Shown here piece by piece: positions 23,345 to 35,205 of a stretch of DNA of 64,000 nt. Made by a program: the position numbers and the translations under genes. The notes below the pieces were generated by a model, which saw only the letters and a list, made by a program, of their open reading frames with translations, was not told where the DNA came from and did no database searches. The DNA lies in contig NW_027361810.1 in assembly GCF_039654945.1 (NCBI RefSeq), positions 26,226,001 through 26,290,000 on the forward strand, given 5' to 3'. Numbering within the stretch: the first letter of the stretch is position 1; the number at the start of each line of letters is the position of its first letter. The stretch comes from Dendrobates tinctorius (lineage: Eukaryota).

Positions 23345-25230
23345 CAGTTGAAACCACAAGTTTCCATCCACAATATAAAAAGACACATCTGCGTGTTTTT
23401 CTCAATATCTGGCATAAAATCAGAATAAACCTTTCCCGTTTTAGGTCAATTAGGATTACCATAATTATTTAATATTAGCCAAATGCCAGAATAATGAGAG
23501 AGAGAGAATGTTTTAAGGCACTTTTATTACTTACTGCAAAATCAAAAGTTTACCTACACTAAGATTACTATGCCTTTAAACAATTCTGGACTGTCCATAT
23601 GATGATGTCATGTGTTTGGAAGCTTCCGATAGTTTTTTTTTATAACATCTAAGTTAATTAGAGACACACCTGTGTATGTATTTTAATACACACCTGAAAC
23701 ACACTACTTCTATGTGTAGCATCAAGGGAAAGACGAAAGAAATCAGCCAAGATATCAGGAAGAGAATTGTGGACTTGAACAAATCTGGCTCATCCTTGGG
23801 TACAATTTCAAGATACCTGAAGGTGCCTTGTTCATCTGTACAAACAATTATACACAAGTACAGACAAAATTGGTATGTCCAGCCATCATACTGCTCAGGA
23901 AGGATACTGGTTCTGGGTTCTAGAGATGAAAGTGCTTTGGTCCGACATGTGCATATCTGTAAGGAGGGCAGGGTGGTAGTTATGGCGAGGGGCTGCTGTG
24001 TCGCCACACCCTGACTCCCCTCAGAGGAAGCATAAAGTAGAATACTCACTTTAGATTCAAGGGTTCCTCCTGCTTCAGCCATCCGGGCACCCGATTCCCG
24101 ATTCTCACAAATTACTCCAGAATCCATGTCCCTGCTTAACAGTTTAATTTTACTTTGCAACAGGGTTCTTACTATAGATGCAGTACAGTTCTCATGCAAT
24201 GACATTCCTGGAGCTTTCCCTGTCATTCTCTGCTCCTCCTGGCAATCTCTGCCCCGCTGGACAATCCATGTCCCATCAGACAATCCCTGTCTCTCCTGGC
24301 AATCTCTGCCCCACTGGACAATCCCTGTTCCGTCTGACAATCTCTGTCTCTCCTGGCAATTTCTGCCTTGCTGGACAATCCCTATCCAATCTGCGACATC
24401 CGTGCCTTTAGGTCCACCAGCTTCCTCCCATTCCCATTAATTTTTGAAGACATGTCCTGGCGTTTGATGAAACTAAAATTTAACTTTTTGGGCTTAATGA
24501 CCATCTTTACATTTGGAGGAAAAAGGAAGAAGATTGGAAGCTTAAGAACACCATTCCTACTGTGAAACACGGGTGTGGCAGCATCTTGTTGTGGGGTTGT
24601 TTTGTTGCAGGAAGGACTGGCGCGCTTCACAAAATAGATGGCATCATGAGAAAAGAAGATTATGTGGCAATATTGAAGCAACATCTCAAGACATCGGCCA
24701 GAAAGTTAAAGCTTGGGCGGAAATGGGTCTTCCGGATGGACAATGACCAGAAGCATACTGCCAAAATGGTAACAAAGTGGTTAAAGGATAACAAAGTCAA
24801 TGTTTTGGAGTGGCCATAGCAAAGCCCTGATCTCAATCCTATTGAAAAATTACGGGCAAACTGAAAAGGCGACCTACAAACCTGGATCAGTTACTTACCA
24901 GTTTTGTCAGGAGAAATGGGCACAAATTCCAACCAACGACAGGATTGTGAGAAGCTTGTAGAAGGAGATCCCAAAGGTTTGACCCAAGTCATTCAGTTTA
25001 AGGGCAATGGTACCAAATACTAATGAAATGGATGTAAACTTTGATTTTGCAGTAAGTAATAAAAATACCTTAAAATATTCTCTCTCTCAGTATTCTGGCA
25101 TTTGGCAAATATTAATAATTATGGTAATCCTAATTGACCTAAAAGAGAAATATTTATTCTGATTTCACGTCAGATATAGAGAAAAACATGCAGATGTGTC
25201 TTTTTATATAGTGTATGGAAACTTCAACTG
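23345..25230 (+). mobile_element. Sleeping Beauty-like Tc1 element with long TIRs, decayed
   Basis: TA TSDs, CAGTTGAA...TTCAACTG ends, ~220-bp TIRs. Confidence 0.92.
23721..25023 (+). pseudogene. SB-like transposase pseudogene with a foreign insert
   Basis: KGKTKEISQDIRKRIVDLNKSGSSLGTISRYLKVP (SB-type N-terminus), KHGCGSILLWGCF, MDNDQKHTAK; stops and frameshifts. Confidence 0.9.
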
Positions 25231-25695
25231 TATGTGGTCACATTGCCTGATAGAGGAGTACTCTCTTTAACTCTTATGGCTAATCTGTGTCTAACACTTA
25301 CTGTGGGGGCACTCCGACTGCAATTATGGGGAGGTCACTTTTGTTTCCCCTTTTGGATGGAATCCCTCACTAACTCTTATGGGGACACTTATGTAAAAAC
25401 TCTAGCTCTGGGAAGCACTGCTGGTTTCTGGTAGGTTCTGATTCCACATCCAGGAATCCAGCCCTTTGTGAAAAAGGTGGTTCCTGTTTCATCCATTTGT
25501 ACTGTGCAAAAGAAGAGACCAAGTGTTTTTGACTCTCCCCATTGCAATGGGAATTGTTGAAATGACCAAATATTTGGCTATTTCCATAGTCATCCTCATG
25601 CATAGTCTTCCCTCCACCTTAGGGCTCATGCAGACATCCTATTTTTCCACGTATGAGAAAATCGGAGCGATTATTCTGATCAGAGCATTATCTAA

Positions 25696-26102
25696 AGGCC
25701 CCGTCACATGAAGCGATCTCGCCAGCAAGATCGCTGTGTGTGACGGGGATCAGCGACCGGCCCCCCTGCCAGTTATCGCTGATTGTGCTCGAGCGGCCTG
25801 GGCCGTTTTTCGATCGCTGGTCTCCTGCTGCCCAGCACGCATCGCTGCGTGTGGCAGCGAGAGACCAGCAATCAGCGACGCTGGACGCTGGTTGCTAATG
25901 TAAACGTCGGGTATCCAGGAGCCGCGCGGCTTCTGGATACCCGACGTTTACATTAGAAACCAGCGTCCAGCGTCACTGGTCCTGATCGCTGGGGCTGTCT
26001 ATGTGACAGCTCACCAGCGATCAGCCTAACGATGTCCCAGCGATCCCATCATGTTGGATCGTTGGTGGGATCACTGGGACATCGTTTAGTGTGACAGGGC
26101 CT
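25696..26102. mobile_element. Nested Harbinger MITE rich in ATCGCT/AGCGAT repeats
   Basis: TAA TSDs, AGGCCCCGTCACA / TGTGACAGGGCCT termini; related copy at 54905-55257. Confidence 0.8.
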
Positions 26103-26169
26103 TAAGTGTCATCTGATTTTCTTTTATTTGGAAAATTAAAAAAAAAATTCTCCACCTCCTCCGTTCTTA

Positions 26170-26383
26170 TAGAGTTGATTGAATATGTTTGGATTTAGTA
26201 GTTGAATCTGAATTTGCCATATTGGTACCAAATTTATGTTTGATGATCGGTTCCGAACATATTTGGTCATTTCCTCTTCCATTGACTCCAACGATGTTCG
26301 GCTGTGTTTGTCGAATATTGAAAAAACAATATTCGCTGCAGATCAAAATTTGAACCGAATTTTGAAAAATTAGCTCATCTCTA
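26170..26383. mobile_element. Nested hAT-like MITE (TAGAG...CTCTA termini)
   Basis: TAGAGTTGA / TCATCTCTA ends with a degenerate 8-bp TSD (CGTTCTTA / CTTTCTAA). Confidence 0.5.
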
Positions 26384-27889
26384 CTTTCTAACAGTCCTTG
26401 TAAAACTGTGGTCCGATTTTTACATGGACCCATTGACTTGTGTTGCCGATTTTGATCCAACCCTTGGTTGAAAATTGGACATGTCTCCTCGATTTTCCGT
26501 GGATTTCTCAATCATGAACATATGAATGGCTCCATGGACTACCACAGGTACGAATGCTATCTGAGAAAATCACGAATAGCACTCGTACGCAAAAACTGGA
26601 TATCTGAATGAGGCCTAATTTATTCCCTTTTTTACTCCCTTTCTGGAGGCCCAGAAATGGGGTGTGGAACCCCTCATTCTCCAGATATATGGGCCTCCTA
26701 GAGATGAACACATAGCGCTCCTTCATTACTTACCCATTCCTGCTCCCGCCGTACACGTCGATCCTCTCCTTTCTGCATGTGAGCACCCGCCCGGTACAGA
26801 TATTGGGGTCTATAACCAGATGGCACGCTTCCCATCATCACGCCTCTGCGGTAGATTATACTTACCATAAGAAGGCATTTCTGAATATTGCATGGTTTGT
26901 AGTATAGTTTTAGAGAAGGCGATACCCGTTCCAATAATATCATCTTCTTAAGAAACTTTTCATTATGTTGCAGGGTAAAGGTTGGCTTTCAACTTTTCCC
27001 ATGCAGAGAAGTAACTTTTCCTGCCATAGCATCTTTTACTTTTATTGTAAAACTTAATAAAACATCTTCAGCTCCTCAGTCACAAGTCGTTGAGTCACGA
27101 GCCATCACTTACATACAAATGGGCATGTTCCATTCTTCTGCCTGGAGTCAGCTCGCACTAACTGGAGGTTTCAGCGAGCGCTATTCTTACAACCAATTCA
27201 GCAATAACAAGGACAGTGCATAATAAAACCCTCGAAAAGTCCAAAAATTCCTTAGGTAGCACTGATACAATACGTCTATTCAAGGAACCTGCATATGTTG
27301 CTGTTACAGGAGCAGTATCTCTTACTTCTGATAAAAAAATATAAATTTTATTCAATTTCTTGCTCCCTTGTCCTCCCACACACAATCCAATACACTACAG
27401 TAATTTCCTTTCTTGAATTGCATAGATTATCCTGAATGGTCAAAGTCGGGGAACCCCATTATAGTGGTAGAAATATAATGGTACCCATGTTTAGAGGAGA
27501 ATGTGGTGACCCTTGGTGGTACAATGGCTTCCCACACAAAAATGGCAGCATGAACACAGGGGATCGTTCAAATGCTTAAAGGGAACCTGTCAGTTTATTC
27601 ATGGTGCCAAAAACCACAACAGCAAGAATCAAGCCTAATTGCAGCTAGGTACATTTTTCTATGAAATGTGACATTTCAGAAAAAATATACCGTAGTTGGA
27701 AGATCATCTGGAATCTTCCAGTGTGCTCCATGCGATTGACAGGTAGCTCTGTGTACAGACATAGAAGAAACCTGTAAATTAACTAGAGCAGTGCCGGGAA
27801 AAGTAGGTCAGGAGCGCGCCGGCCTAGGCTTGGGCACCTTATATGGAGGCTTGATGGTTAGGGGGCAAGTAGGCTTTGAATTTATGACA

Positions 27890-28360
27890 GCATTCATTCC
27901 TTTGGGGTTGACAACCATCAGCATGGCGCATCTAGAATTGACAATCATCAGCCACTTTTCTTTGCAGTAGCTCCACATCTGTCAGATTTCGAGGGTATCT
28001 CGTGTGTGCAGCGCTTTCTTGAGGTTACCCACAGATTTTTACTTGGATTCAGGTCAGGGATCTGGCTGGGCCATTCCAAAACCTTGATATTTATCTGGCT
28101 GCACGATTCTTTTTTTGATTTGGAAGTGACTTAGGGTCGTTACCCTGCTGTAAAGTAAAATTCCTCTTCATCTTCAGCTTTTTATCAGAGGTCTGAAGTT
28201 TTTGAATGATTTTTGGAGCTGTTCTAATTCCCTTTACCTGGACTAAAGCCCCAGTTCCAGCTGCAAAAAGACAGTCCTAAAGCATAATGTTGCTTCCACT
28301 ATTCTTTACTGAGGGTATGGTGATCTTTTAGTGATGCACAGTCTTGGCTTGTGCTGTAAA
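27890..28360 (-). pseudogene. Old Tc1 transposase fragment
   Basis: Minus-strand remnants of the VLEWPSQSPDLNP and KHGGGSIML motifs. Confidence 0.6.
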
Positions 28361-29689
28361 ATCCAACTAAGAAATTGTCAGGAAAATCCTCCTAGAAAAG
28401 CTAAACTTCTTGTAGGGTAAATCAGAATCACTGTAAATGATGGCGGCCATGGACTGACTTCTTTCTGTTGAGCCCAATGTGGAAGTGGAGTAGCATTTTT
28501 GCATATCTGCACCACTAAAATCCAGGACAATGGGGCCATTTGAAAAATAAAATATATTAGTCAGTGCTATTAAATAAGATTTCAAACATGATGGAAAATA
28601 TTTTTTTTCATCTGGACAATCCATTTAATGTTTGTTACTCACCAGTAAGTCTGTTATTTTGGCAGTTGCTCAATAATTTAAGGCAATCAAGTCTTAAATT
28701 ACTTTTACTGGGATTGAACAATATTAACCCCTTCCTGACATCCGACGTACTATCCCGTCCACGGTACCCGGGCCCGTATGACCGTGGACGGGATAGTACG
28801 TCGGGCCCTTTAATGCGATACCGCGACTAAAGTCGCGGTGATCGCATTAAAATTCCGACGCCATCTCACCTTACAAAAGATGGCGTCGGCATCCCAGGCT
28901 GCGATCCCGCCCCCCCGGCATCCAGAGCGCTGTGATTGGCTGTTCAATTCTGAACAGCCAATCGCAGCGTTTCTCATTGTTTCAGCCAATCAGCTTGGCT
29001 GAAACAATGATGTCCTAGGCTGGGATCAAGTACCGATGTACTCGATCCTAGAGCCGGTGCCTGGCAACGCCCTGCACCGGCAAAAAGCACCCAGATTGGC
29101 GCGATCGCCGATCTGATCGATCGCGCCAATCGCAGTGCACAGCGGCGCTATATCGCCGCTGTGCCCTGCCAGTACCAGCCAGGATCGGTGCTATATTAGC
29201 ACCAATCGTGCTGGAGCCTGATGCAGGCCAAGCAGCGCCTGCAGGAGTTGGCTGGCGCGATCGATTAGATCGGCGATCGCGCCAACCACAGGGCACAGCT
29301 GCGGTCACCATGTGACCGCTCTGTGCCCTGCTGGTGACCTGGGCATGACCTGCCTAATAATCGGAGCTGTGAGCTCCGATTCTAGGCAGTTGCCATGGTC
29401 ACCAGGCAGATCAGGGATTGGTGGGATCGATGTAATCATTCGATCCCACCAATGACAGGTCACAGCAGCGATGTGACCGCTCTGTGACCTGCCCCCTGAC
29501 CTGCCTCTGACCTGTCTGACCTGTCTGCAGGGGTCCTCACTTTAGCTGAGGATTCCTGCAGAGAGGTCGGACGCAGCAAGACCTCCTGTGCTGGATATTG
29601 TGGTGCCACAGCTTGTAGCATCACAATCCCTGCAGAAGAAAGAAGAAGAAGAAAGAAAACTACAATTGTAAGTGTTAATTGATCCCTGA

Positions 29690-30660
29690 TCCCCTGCCCA
29701 ATCTATCTTCACCCCCCCAATCTATCTTCATCCCTCCACCCCCCCTCTTACCCCCCTTCACCCCCCCTCTTACCCCCCTTCACCCCCCTTTTATCCCCCT
29801 CCACCCCTTTTGCGCCACCTCCGTGCGCAGCCGGCGAGCGTTGATCGGTGACGCAGTTCACCGATCAACACCCGAGCTCGCTTTTTTTTCCTTAGCCCCC
29901 TTTGCGCCACTTCCGTACACACATCCCGCAGCCGCAAAAGTTGGATAAGTGACACACGTCGCTTATCCAAGCTTGTGCCTGCCGTTTTTCATTTTTTTCA
30001 CCCCCCTTTGTGCCACCTAACTACAACCCTAACTGTTGATCCCTGCCCAATCTCTCATCATCCACCCCAATCCCCCCCATCCCCCTTCCCCCTATTTTTA
30101 CCCCCCTCCACCCCACTTTTGCACCACCTCTGTGCGCAGCTGCCGAGCGTTGATTGGTGACGCAGTTCACCGATCAACACCCGAGCTCGCTTTTTTTTCC
30201 TTAGCCCCCTTTGCGCCACTTCCGTACACACATCCCGCAGCCGCAAAAGTTGGATAAGTGACACATGTCACTTATCCAAGCTTGTGCTTGCCGTTTTTCA
30301 TTTTTTTCACCCCCCTTTGTGCCACCTAACTACAACCCTAACTGTTGATCCCTGCCCAATCTCTCTTCATCCACCCCAATCCCCCATCCCCCTTCTCCCT
30401 ATTTTTACCCCCCTCCACCCCACTTTTGCGCCACCTCCGTGCGCAGCCGCCGAGCGTTGATTGGTGACGCAGTTCACCGATCAACACTCGAGCTCGCTTT
30501 TTTTTCCTTAGCCCCTCCGTACACACATCCCGCAGCTGCGAAACTTGGATAAGTGACACAGTTCACTTATCAGAGTTTGTGCCTGCCGTTTTCCTTTTTT
30601 TTTTTCCACCCCCCCTGCACCACCCCGTGCGCACATCCAGCAGCCTAGTTTTGATAAGTG
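29690..30660 (+). repeat. ~310-bp tandem repeat (about 3 units) inside the piggyBac 5' region
   Basis: GCAGTTCACCGATCAACAC recurs at ~29854, 30162 and 30469. Confidence 0.9.
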
Positions 30661-30803
30661 ACACTTATCAGCTAGGGCCTGCTGTTTTAGACTTTTTTCC
30701 ACAGCTTTTTCTTTACAGAAAGTTTACACCAATCACTCCCCCCCCTCACGTACACATACAGTTTTCAATAAAGTGTACACCCAAGCACCATATTTACACA
30801 AAA

Positions 30804-32554
30804 ATGTCATCAAATTCATCCCAACAGCGCTATACAATGGAGGAGGCATATGCTATACTTGCCTCCGACACTGATAGCGATTTGGATGACGATCTGACTT
30901 TTCTTTATTTTTCGTATTCTTCATCCTCTTCTTCTTCCTCTTCCCCCTCCTCATCTTCCTCCTCGGGTCCTGCGGAACCGCCACGCAGACGCTCCAGGAC
31001 AGAAGATGAGGCAGCACCCACCATGCCCGCAGCTGACCCAGTGCTCCCAGTATGGACCTCGCCCCCCGAAAATTACGAGCCACTGATTCCTGATTTTGTG
31101 GCAGAATCAGGAATCAAGTTTGACACCACTGGCCTCACAGAAATTGACTTTTTCAAAGTCTTTTTCTCTGAGGATTTTGTTAACCTCATGGTGGAGCAAA
31201 CTAATTTGTACGCTCGTCAATTTTTGGAGCAAAACCCGCGTTCAACATTTTCAAACTGGTCTCCTGTAGACGCAGTTGAAATGACGCAGTTTTGGGGCCT
31301 GGTCCTCCATATGGGGATACTGAAGAAGCCGGAAATTCGGCAATATTGGAGTGTTGATATTTTATACAACACTCCAGTGTTCCGAATGGTCATGGCCCGG
31401 ACGCGTTTTGAGGCCATCCACAAGTTTCTGCTTTATACTGATAATGCAGAGTGTCCCGCACAAGATGACCCCAACTTTGACCGTCTGTTCAAAGTTCGGC
31501 TGGTCATCGAACACTTCAACAAAAAGTTTGCTAAAGTGTACGTGCCCCAAAGGGACATCTGCGTGGATGAGTCCTTGCTTCACTTCAAGGGAAGGCTGCG
31601 ATTCCTTCAATACCTGCCCAGTAAGAGGGCCAGGTACGGAATCAAACTCTATAAGTTGTGTGAGAGTACCTCAGGGTACACCCACAAGTTTAGACTTTAC
31701 GAAGGGAAGGACACCCGGATTGAACCCCGAGTGTCCTCCTTTCCTGGGAGTGAGTGGGAAAATTGTGTGGGATTTGGTGCACCCACTGCTGGATAAAGGT
31801 TATCACCTCTACACTGATAACTTTAATACCAGCATCCCACTCTACAAATCCCTCTCTGAGCGACGTACCGCAGCCTGCGGTACTGTCCGCAAAAATCAGA
31901 GAGGCCTCCCGAAGACGCTACTTGGGCAGATGCTCCGAAAAGGTGAGAGCAGAGCCCAATGTAGCGACCACCTGCTGGTGGTCAAGTACAAGGACAAGAG
32001 AGATGTCCATCTCTTGACCACCATACACGGTGATGGCAGTACCCTCTGCACTGTACGGGGTACCTCTACACGTCCGCAAACCGACATGTGTAGTGGGGTA
32101 CAACAAAAAAATGGGGGGAGTTGATCTCTCCGATCAACTCCTCCAACCGTACAATGCATTGAGGAAGGCCAAGGTGTGGTACAAAAAGCTGACCATGCAC
32201 ATTGTCCAAATGGCAATGCTCAATGCATTCCTGCTGTCACAATGTGCATGCCCCAGCGATACGACGTACCTTCAGTTCCAGGAGGTAGTGGTTAAGGCCA
32301 TGATGTTGGGCGCTCAGGAAGGAGCGGGCCCCAGTACTTCAGGAACTGAGGGTGCTCGTATTGTCCCAGGTCAGCATTTTCCGGGGGTGGTCCCGCCAAC
32401 CCAAAAAAAAGGTAAGCCGCAAAAAAGGTGTCGAGTGTGTTACAAAAAAGGAATACGCAGGGACACCACTTATCAATGCGACACCTGCCCCGAAAAACCT
32501 GGCCTATGCATGAAGGATTGCTTCAAATTGTACCACACCTCCATGCACTACTAA
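30804..32554 (+). pseudogene. piggyBac (PGBD4-like) DDD transposase with two frameshifts (~31727, ~32070)
   Basis: CVDESL, YLPSKRARYGIK, LYTDNF, MGGVDLSDQ and a C-terminal Cys-rich domain CRVC..CDTC..C..CFKLYH, spread over three ORFs. Confidence 0.95.
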
Positions 32555-32559
32555 TTTAC

Positions 32560-34450
32560 ATTAGATTAGTTGGGGGCACATCTAGATTTGTTCTTTGGGG
32601 GTCTAGTATCCAAAATGATGTCATATGTGGGTTTTTTCCTGTTTAGGCACATCAGGGACTCTGCAAATGGAACATGACGCCAGCAGACCATCAAAGTCTG
32701 CATTCCAAAACAACACTACTTCCCTTTCGAGCCCCGACGTGTGCCTAAACAGTTTTTTCCCACATGTGGGATACCAGAGTACCCAGGACAAATTGGACAA
32801 CGACTTTTGGGGTCCAATTTCTCCTGTTACTCTTGGGAAAATTAAAAATTGGGGACTAAATGATCATTTATGTGGGAACAAAACAGGATTTTATATTATC
32901 ACGCCTGGGCATTATAATCTTTAGTGAAACACTTGGGGGTTCAAAGTGGTCACCACACATCTAGATAAGTTCCTTAGGGGGTCTAGTTTCCAAAATGGGG
33001 TCACTTATGGGGGGTTTCTACTGTTTAGGAACATCAAGGGCTCTGCAAATGGAACATGACGCCCGCAGACCATTCCATCAAAGTCTGCTTTCCAAAACGT
33101 CATTACTTCCCTTTCGAGCCCTGACGTGTGCCCAAACAGTAGTTTTCTCCCACATGTGGGGTATCAGGGGACTCAGGACAAATTGGACAACAACTTTTGG
33201 GGTCCAATTTCTCCTGTTACTCTTGGGAAAATTAAAAATTGGGGACTAAATGATCATTTATGTGGGAACAAAACAGGATTTTATATTTTCAAGCCTGGGC
33301 ATTATAATCTTTAGTGAAACACTTGGGGGTTCAAAGTGGTCACCACACATCTAGATAAGTTCCTTAGGGGGTCTAGTTTCCAAAATGGGGTCACTTATGG
33401 GGGGTTTCTACTGTTTAGGAACATCAAGGGCTCTGCAAATGGAACATGACGCCCGCAGACCATTCCATCAAAGTCTGCTTTCCAAAACGTCATTACTTCC
33501 CTTTCGAGCCTTGACGTGTGCCCAAACAGTAGTTTTCTCCCACATGTGGGGTATCAGGGGACTCAGGAAAAATTGGACAACAACTTTTGGGGTCCAATTT
33601 CTCCTGTTACTCTTGGGAAAATTAAGAATTGGGGACTAAATGATCATTTATGTGGGAACAAAACAGGATTTTGTATTTTCACGCCTGGGCATTATAATCT
33701 TTAGTGAAACACTTGGGGGTTCAAAGTGCTCACCACACATCTAGATAAGTTCCTTAGGGGGTCTAGTTTCCAAAATGGGGTCACTTGTGGGGGGTTTCCA
33801 CTGTTTAGGCACATCAGGCGCTCGTCAAACGCGACATGGCGTCCGATCTCAATTCCAGCCAATTTTAGGTTGAAAAAGTCAAACAGGGCTCCTTCCCTTC
33901 TGAGCCTTGCCATGTGCCCAAACAGTGGTTCCCCCCCACATATTGGGTATCAGCGTACTCAGGACAAATTTGACAACAACCTTTAGGGTCCAATTTCTCC
34001 TGTTACCCTTGGGAAAACAAAATATTGGGGACTAAATGATCATGTTTGTGGAAAAAATATGATTTTTTATTTTCACGCCCGGGTGTTATAAGCTTCTGTG
34101 AAGCCCTTGGGGGTTCAAAGTGGTCACCACATATCTAGATAAGTTCCTTAGGGGGTCTAGTTTCCAAAATGGGGTCACTTGTGGGGGGTTTCCACTGTTT
34201 AGGCACATCAGACACTCGTCAAACGCGACATGGCGTCCGATCTCAATTCCAGCCAATTTTAGGTTGAAAAAGTCAAACGGGGCTCCTTCCCTTCTGAGCC
34301 CTGCCATGTGCCCAAACAGTGGTTCCCCCCTATATATGGGGTATCAGCGTACTCAGGACAAATTTGACAACAACTTTTGGGGTCCAATTTCTCCTGTTAC
34401 CCTTGGGAAACTAAAAAAATTGTTGCTAAAATATTATTTTTGTGACTAAA
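32560..34450 (+). repeat. ~390-bp tandem array (about 5 units) downstream of the transposase
   Basis: Anchor TCTAGATAAGTTCCTTAGGGGGTCTAG at ~32960, 33350, 33740, 34134, with a degenerate copy at 32581. Confidence 0.95.
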
Positions 34451-35205
34451 AAGTTAAATGTTCATTTTTTCCTTCCACGTTGCTTCTGCTCCTGTGAAGC
34501 ACCTGAAGGGTTAATAATCTTCTTGAATGTAGTTTTGAGTAGCTTCAGGGGTGAAGTTTTTAGAATGGTGTCACTTTTGGGTATTTTCTGCCATATAGAC
34601 CCCTCAAAGTGACTTCAAATGTGAGGTGGTCCCTAAAAAAAATGGTTTTGTAAGTTTTGTTGTAAAAATTAAAAATCGCTGGTCAAATTTTAACCCTTAT
34701 AACTTCCTAACAAAAAAAATGTTGTTTCCCAAATTGTGCTGATGTAAAGTAGACATGTGGGAAATGTTATTTAGTAACTATTTTGTGTCACATATTTCTC
34801 TGTTTTAAGGGCATACAAATTCAAAGTTTGAAAATTGCAAAATTTTCAAAATTTTTGCCATATTTCTGTTTTTTTCATAAATAAGCGCAAGTTATAGCGA
34901 AACATTTTTACCACTAAAGTGAAGTACAATATGTCACGAGAAAACAGTCTCAGAATCGCCTAGATCCGTTGAAGCGTTCCAGAGTTATAACCTCATAAAG
35001 GGACAGTGGTCAGAATTGTAAAAATTGGCTCGGTCATGAACGTGCAAACCACCCTTGGGGGTGAAGGGGTTAACAAAAAGTTGGACAATAGTGCCACACT
35101 TGAGCACAGGTTGTGTGTGCTATTGCAGCTCAGTCCTATTTACTTTTATGGCGCTCAGATGCAATACCTGATACTACCCATGGACAGGGGTGGCACAGTT
35201 TTTAA

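Larger units (their letters stand above)
25622..26616. mobile_element. Harbinger-type MITE hosting two nested elements
   Basis: GGGCTCATGCAGACATCC ... GGATATCTGAATGAGGCC+TAA. Confidence 0.65.
28728..35069 (+). mobile_element. Full-length piggyBac transposon (6.3 kb) with a frameshifted transposase
   Basis: TTAA at 28724-28727 and 35070-35073, CCCCTTC/GAAGGGG termini, transposase, internal tandem arrays. Confidence 0.95.

Noticed and set aside
23654-24340. 228-aa minus-strand ORF as a novel gene
   Set aside because: It is an antisense read across a tandem-repeat insert and a Tc1 pseudogene, with no domain signature
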